From Gemmatimonadaceae bacterium (GTDB lineage: Bacteria > Latescibacterota > UBA2968 > UBA8231), in the NCBI GenBank assembly GCA_026706075.1, contig JAPOZM010000108.1, forward strand, positions 30,685 through 94,684: a stretch of 64,000 bases of DNA, in the 5' to 3' direction. Below are positions 60,916 through 64,000 of the stretch, piece after piece. Position numbers and translations under genes: made by a program. The first letter of the stretch is position 1. Each line of letters begins with the position of its first letter. Under the pieces are notes generated by a model. The model saw nothing but the letters and a program-made list of their open reading frames with translations. It had not been told where the DNA came from and did not search any database.

Positions 60916-61535
60916 GCAGACTCCTGGAACTGGGTCAGGTCGCCGGATCCCCGGCGCAGGACCACGGCCTCGTCGCCCACGAGGGAGACGACGCTGGAGG
61001 GCAGCACCGGCAGCCGGCCGCACTCGAGAATCAGGTCGACGTCGTGGCCCAGCTCCTGCTCCAGCTGCAGGGGATCGGTGATCGCGTCCTGCTCGGAGCG
61101 GTTGGCGCTCGTGCTCAGGATCGGCTGCCCCAGCTCCTTCACCATGGCCGCCGTCACCGGGTGGTCGGGGATGCGGATGCCCACCGTCTTCTGCCGGCTG
61201 CGCAGCAGGCGGGGGGTCTCCTTGGTGGCCGGCAGCACGAAGGTGTAGGGCCCGGGCAGCATGCGCCGCAGGATCCGGTAGGCGTAGTTCGAGACCCGGG
61301 CGTAGCGGGCGATGTCGTTGAGGTCGGCGCAGACGAAGGACATCGGCTTGCGGGCGTCGCGGCCCTTGATGCGCCGGATGCGCTCCATGGCGCTCTTGTG
61401 GGTGATGTCGCAGCCGAGGCCGTAGATCGTGTCGGTGGGGTAGATGATGACGCCGCCGCCGCTCAGGACTTCCACGGCGCGGCGCAGGTGGCGGCCCTTG
61501 AGGTGATCGGGATCGATGGACAGCACGTCGGCCAC
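60912..61535 (-). CDS. tsaC: L-threonylcarbamoyladenylate synthase (TsaC/YrdC/Sua5 family).
   Basis: Motifs are GGVIIYPTDTIYGLGCD, KGRDARKPMSF, PGPYTFVL and VGIRIPDHP. GTG start at 61533-61535. Confidence 0.85.
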   Translation of the reverse strand: MADVLSIDPDHLKGRHLRRAVEVLSGGGVIIYPTDTIYGLGCDITHKSAMERIRRIKGRDARKPMSFVCADLNDIARYARVSNYAYRILRRMLPGPYTFVLPATKETPRLLRSRQKTVGIRIPDHPVTAAMVKELGQPILSTSANRSEQDAITDPLQLEQELGHDVDLILECGRLPVLPSSVVSLVGDEAVVLRRGSGDLTQFQESA

Positions 61536-61823
61536 GTCGGACTCCCCGGTTGGGCCCGGCGAGATGGTGCGGGGGCGCCGGGCGGGACCGGGTGAATATA
61601 GCAGGTCCTCCGAGAGCGGGTCCTCCGCAGCCGGCCCTGGGCGCGTTCGGACAGAGCGGGCCAGGCCCCCGGGGCGCAGTGCCGGAGGGGCCTGGACACG
61701 GCCGCCGCTGAGCGACCCCGGGGAAGGGTCTGCTTCAGCAGCACGGTCCTGCGGCTGAGGATGCCGTTGGGGGCTGACCGGGCGATAGTGGTAGACCCCG
61801 CTGGCGAGGCCGTGATCCCCGGC

Positions 61824-62771
61824 TCAGAAGCGGAGGAAGCAGGTGGCCCGGACCTGCAGGATCGGGTCCGATCCATCGGGGAGCTGGAGGTGCACGTTCG
61901 GCTGCAGGTGGACCCCCGCGGCCGCCTCCCAGTCGAACCCGGCGATGACGAGGCGGTCGCTGCGGCCCCCTTCCTCCAACGCGTCGAGGCGGGCGAAGGC
62001 CCACCCGGCGGGGTGCACCGCCGCCGACCCGAAGACGGAGAGGCCCGTGAGCCTCTCGTCCTCGGCCAGACGGCGGACGCGGAGAAAGGGCTCGACCCCG
62101 ATGCGCAGTCGCCCGCGCGAGAGGCCGATGAGAAGCTTGGCCACAAGGTGGTCCCGGCCCCCGGGGCGCATGTCCAGATCCCCGTAGAGCTCGAAGAGGC
62201 CTCCCCGGCCGGGCTCGAAGCGGACCGCGGCGTAGAGCTTCTTGCCGTTGTCGTTCTCCGGCCGCTGTCCCGGGCCGTTGGCGACCATCAGGTGGTAGCC
62301 GAGCCCGACGGCGCGCCCCCTCAGGCCCAGGCCGATGTCGGAGGAGGAACCGAGGCCGTTCAGGTCGAGGATGGTCTTCTCCACCGACCGGTAGCCCCAG
62401 AGCGTCTCGGAGGCCCGCCAGGTCGGCGTGGCCGACTCGCCCACGTAGAGGTCGGCTCCGGCCACGGCGCGGCGCCAGCGCACGTAGGCGTGCTTGACGA
62501 AGGGCGTCATCCGGCTCCGCTCGCCGAAGCCGGCGTCCCGGGCCTCCAGGCGGACCCGGGCGGCGAAGCGGTCCGACAGGTCGCGGTCGTAGGTCAGGTA
62601 GATGCGCCGGAACTGGAAGGCGTTGCGCCTCTCCAGTCCCGTGCGGTCGTCCGCGGCGACCACGAAGTAGTAATCCGCGAAGACGGTGCCGGTCATGGTG
62701 CCCCGGTCCCGGGCCTCTGCGCCCGCGGTCAGGAGGGCGCCGGCGAACAGGACGCAGCCGCAGCGTGACAT
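61824..62771 (-). CDS. Outer-membrane beta-barrel (porin-like) protein, divergent from pstS.
   Basis: The signal peptide is MSRCGCVLFAGALLTAGAEA. Alternating amphipathic strands are seen, for example RIYLTYDRDL, YAAVRFEP and LVIAGFDWEA. The C-terminal residue is aromatic (...ATCFLRF). The function is inferred only from its neighbour. Confidence 0.5.
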   Translation of the reverse strand: MSRCGCVLFAGALLTAGAEARDRGTMTGTVFADYYFVVAADDRTGLERRNAFQFRRIYLTYDRDLSDRFAARVRLEARDAGFGERSRMTPFVKHAYVRWRRAVAGADLYVGESATPTWRASETLWGYRSVEKTILDLNGLGSSSDIGLGLRGRAVGLGYHLMVANGPGQRPENDNGKKLYAAVRFEPGRGGLFELYGDLDMRPGGRDHLVAKLLIGLSRGRLRIGVEPFLRVRRLAEDERLTGLSVFGSAAVHPAGWAFARLDALEEGGRSDRLVIAGFDWEAAAGVHLQPNVHLQLPDGSDPILQVRATCFLRF

Positions 62772-62870
62772 GTGATCTTCTGATCCTCCGTCGAGTGGCC
62801 GTGGAAGGAGCGGGGCGGGGCCCCTGTCCAGGCTACGAAGGGGTGCAAGCGTGCCGGTCTGGCCGCGAAT

Positions 62871-62926
62871 GTGTTACGATGCCGCGCCGGCACGGAATCG
62901 TAACACGAAGGTGACTGTCACGTGAC
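62871..62926. promoter_or_regulatory. Two palindromic operator-like elements in the porin/pstS divergent intergenic region.
   Basis: IR1 pairs gtgttacgat (62871-62880) with atcgtaacac (62897-62906): perfect 10-bp arms with a 16-nt spacer. IR2 is gtgac-t-gtcac-gtgac (62911-62926), which includes the perfect palindrome gtcacgtgac and a CTGTCAC heptamer resembling a Pho-box half site. Confidence 0.4.
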
Positions 62927-62985
62927 GCGGAGCCCTAGCTTTCGTTGCGGCGGAAGCGCAGATCAACGACCACAGGAGGAATCCG

Positions 62986-63960
62986 ATGAGTCCCCCTTCG
63001 CCGCAGATCCTGGCCCTGTGCCTGCTCGGCACGGCCGTCACCCTCGAGGCCCAGGCCGTGGAGGTGGACAGCCGGATCCAGCCCTACCAGAGGGCGAGGG
63101 GCATCTCGGGAAGCGCCAGCAGCATCGGCTCGGACACGATGAACAACCTGATGGCCCTGTGGCTGGAGGGCTTCCGCAGACACTATCCCAACGTCCGCAT
63201 CCAGATCGAGGGCAAGGGCTCGAGCACGGCGCCGCCGGCCCTGATCGAGGGCACGGCGCAGTTCGGCCCCATGTCGAGAGCGATGAAGTCCACCGAGAAG
63301 GACAAGTTCGAGGAGAGGTTCGGCTATCCCCCGACGCCGCTGCGGACCTCCCTGGACGCGCTGGCGGTCTTCGTCAACAAGGACAACCCCCTCGAGGGCA
63401 TGACCCTGCCCCAGGTCGATGCGGTGTACTCCAAGACCCGTCGCGGCGGCCACGGCGAGCAGATCGCCCGCTGGGGGCAGCTCGGGCCGGACGGCGAGTG
63501 GGCCACGGCCCGGATCAGCCTCTACGGGCGCAACTCGGCCTCCGGCACCTACGGCTTCTTCAAGAGCGTCGCCCTTTTCAAGGGCGACTACCGGGACGAG
63601 GTCAAGGAGCAGCCCGGCTCCGCCTCCGTCGTCCAGGGCGTCACCGAGGACCGCTACGGCGTCGGCTACAGCGGCATCGGCTACCGGACCTCCGGCGTGC
63701 GCGTCGTGCCCCTGGCCGAGACGGAGGAGATGCCCTTCGTGGGCGCTTCCCTGGCCAACGTCCTCGACGGCTCCTACCCGCTGGGCCGCTTCCTCTATCT
63801 CTACGTCAACAAGACCCCCGGCGAGCCCCTGGATCCGCTGGTGCGGGAGTTCGCCCGCTTCGTGTTCTCCAGGGAGGGCCAGGAGATCGTCATCAAGGAC
63901 GGGTACATGCCCGTGCCCTTCGAGGTCGTCGTCGAAGAGCTGGCGATGCTCGGGGAGTAG
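62986..63960 (+). CDS. pstS: Phosphate ABC transporter substrate-binding protein (PstS family, PBP_like_2).
   Basis: ATG at 62986 follows AGGAGGA. A signal peptide is present. Motifs are GSDTMNNLMALW, IEGKGSSTAPPALIEGTAQFGPMSR, DALAVFVNKDNP, LYGRNSASGTYGFF and GVGYSGIGY. Confidence 0.85.
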   Translation: MSPPSPQILALCLLGTAVTLEAQAVEVDSRIQPYQRARGISGSASSIGSDTMNNLMALWLEGFRRHYPNVRIQIEGKGSSTAPPALIEGTAQFGPMSRAMKSTEKDKFEERFGYPPTPLRTSLDALAVFVNKDNPLEGMTLPQVDAVYSKTRRGGHGEQIARWGQLGPDGEWATARISLYGRNSASGTYGFFKSVALFKGDYRDEVKEQPGSASVVQGVTEDRYGVGYSGIGYRTSGVRVVPLAETEEMPFVGASLANVLDGSYPLGRFLYLYVNKTPGEPLDPLVREFARFVFSREGQEIVIKDGYMPVPFEVVVEELAMLGE

Positions 63961-64000
63961 CCGCCGGCCGGGATGGCTCGACCGACGAAGCACGAGAGGC

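Noticed and set aside
61536-61823. Possible promoter (TATATT near 61597-61602 on the minus strand) for tsaC, and a 9-bp GC hairpin (CCAGGCCCC...GGGGCCTGG) after the porin-like gene.
   Set aside because: No acceptable -35 element lies at the right spacing. The hairpin has a 17-nt loop and no U-tract. Both are within what chance would produce in GC-rich intergenic DNA.

Overview
High-GC (about 65-72% by hand counts on sample lines), gene-dense bacterial chromosomal segment with most genes on the minus strand. No rRNA, tRNA or CRISPR array was seen. Many long ORFs in the track are antisense or off-frame shadows typical of high-GC DNA, so calls rest on recognisable protein motifs, start/stop coupling and RBS context.

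Layout:
(1) 1-2024: a scrambled zone holding a truncated paralog of the giant protease, an IS21 istA remnant, a lower-GC CBM9-like secreted protein and an orphan propeller-repeat relic.
(2) 2-19 kb: a cluster of very large secreted beta-propeller proteins. These are a metzincin with 21 WD40 repeats, a protein with three YWTD propellers, and a CARDB/Ig-like protein. All carry dockerin-like and T9SS/FlgD-Ig-type domains, which suggests an FCB-group-like organism. They are interleaved with a coupled acyltransferase / unknown / PhyH-dioxygenase trio and a Kelch protein.
(3) 19.2-22 kb: a lower-GC pair of PD-(D/E)XK-type proteins.
(4) 22-26.1 kb: a recent tandem duplication of a large polytopic membrane protein gene. 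The duplicated unit carried along a fossil of the manB 3' end.
(5) 26-36.3 kb: manB, sixA and an 8-gene glycan-biosynthesis operon.
(6) 36.3-38.9 kb: ptsN and a BatA-like protein.
(7) 38.9-52.9 kb: a 15-gene, almost gapless aromatic supraoperon (trpE-G-D-C, trpS, CM, tyrA, aroA-like, a small ORF, aroE, argS, aroK, aroB, rimO, DUF971). It is headed by a sigma70-like promoter, a 28-codon leader peptide with WWW plus one more W, and a strong attenuator hairpin.
(8) 52.95-55.15 kb: a lower-GC island encoding an RHH protein, a DUF488 fusion and a conserved unknown protein. This is the best candidate for an uncharacterised system.
(9) 55.2-61.5 kb: a Tat-signal class-V aminotransferase, a glycosylasparaginase-like protein, a SelA-like protein, SppA and TsaC.
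(10) 61.8-64 kb: a porin-like gene divergent from pstS, with palindromic operator-like sites between them.

Nineteen gene junctions use 4-nt ATGA/GTGA/TTGA start/stop overlaps.
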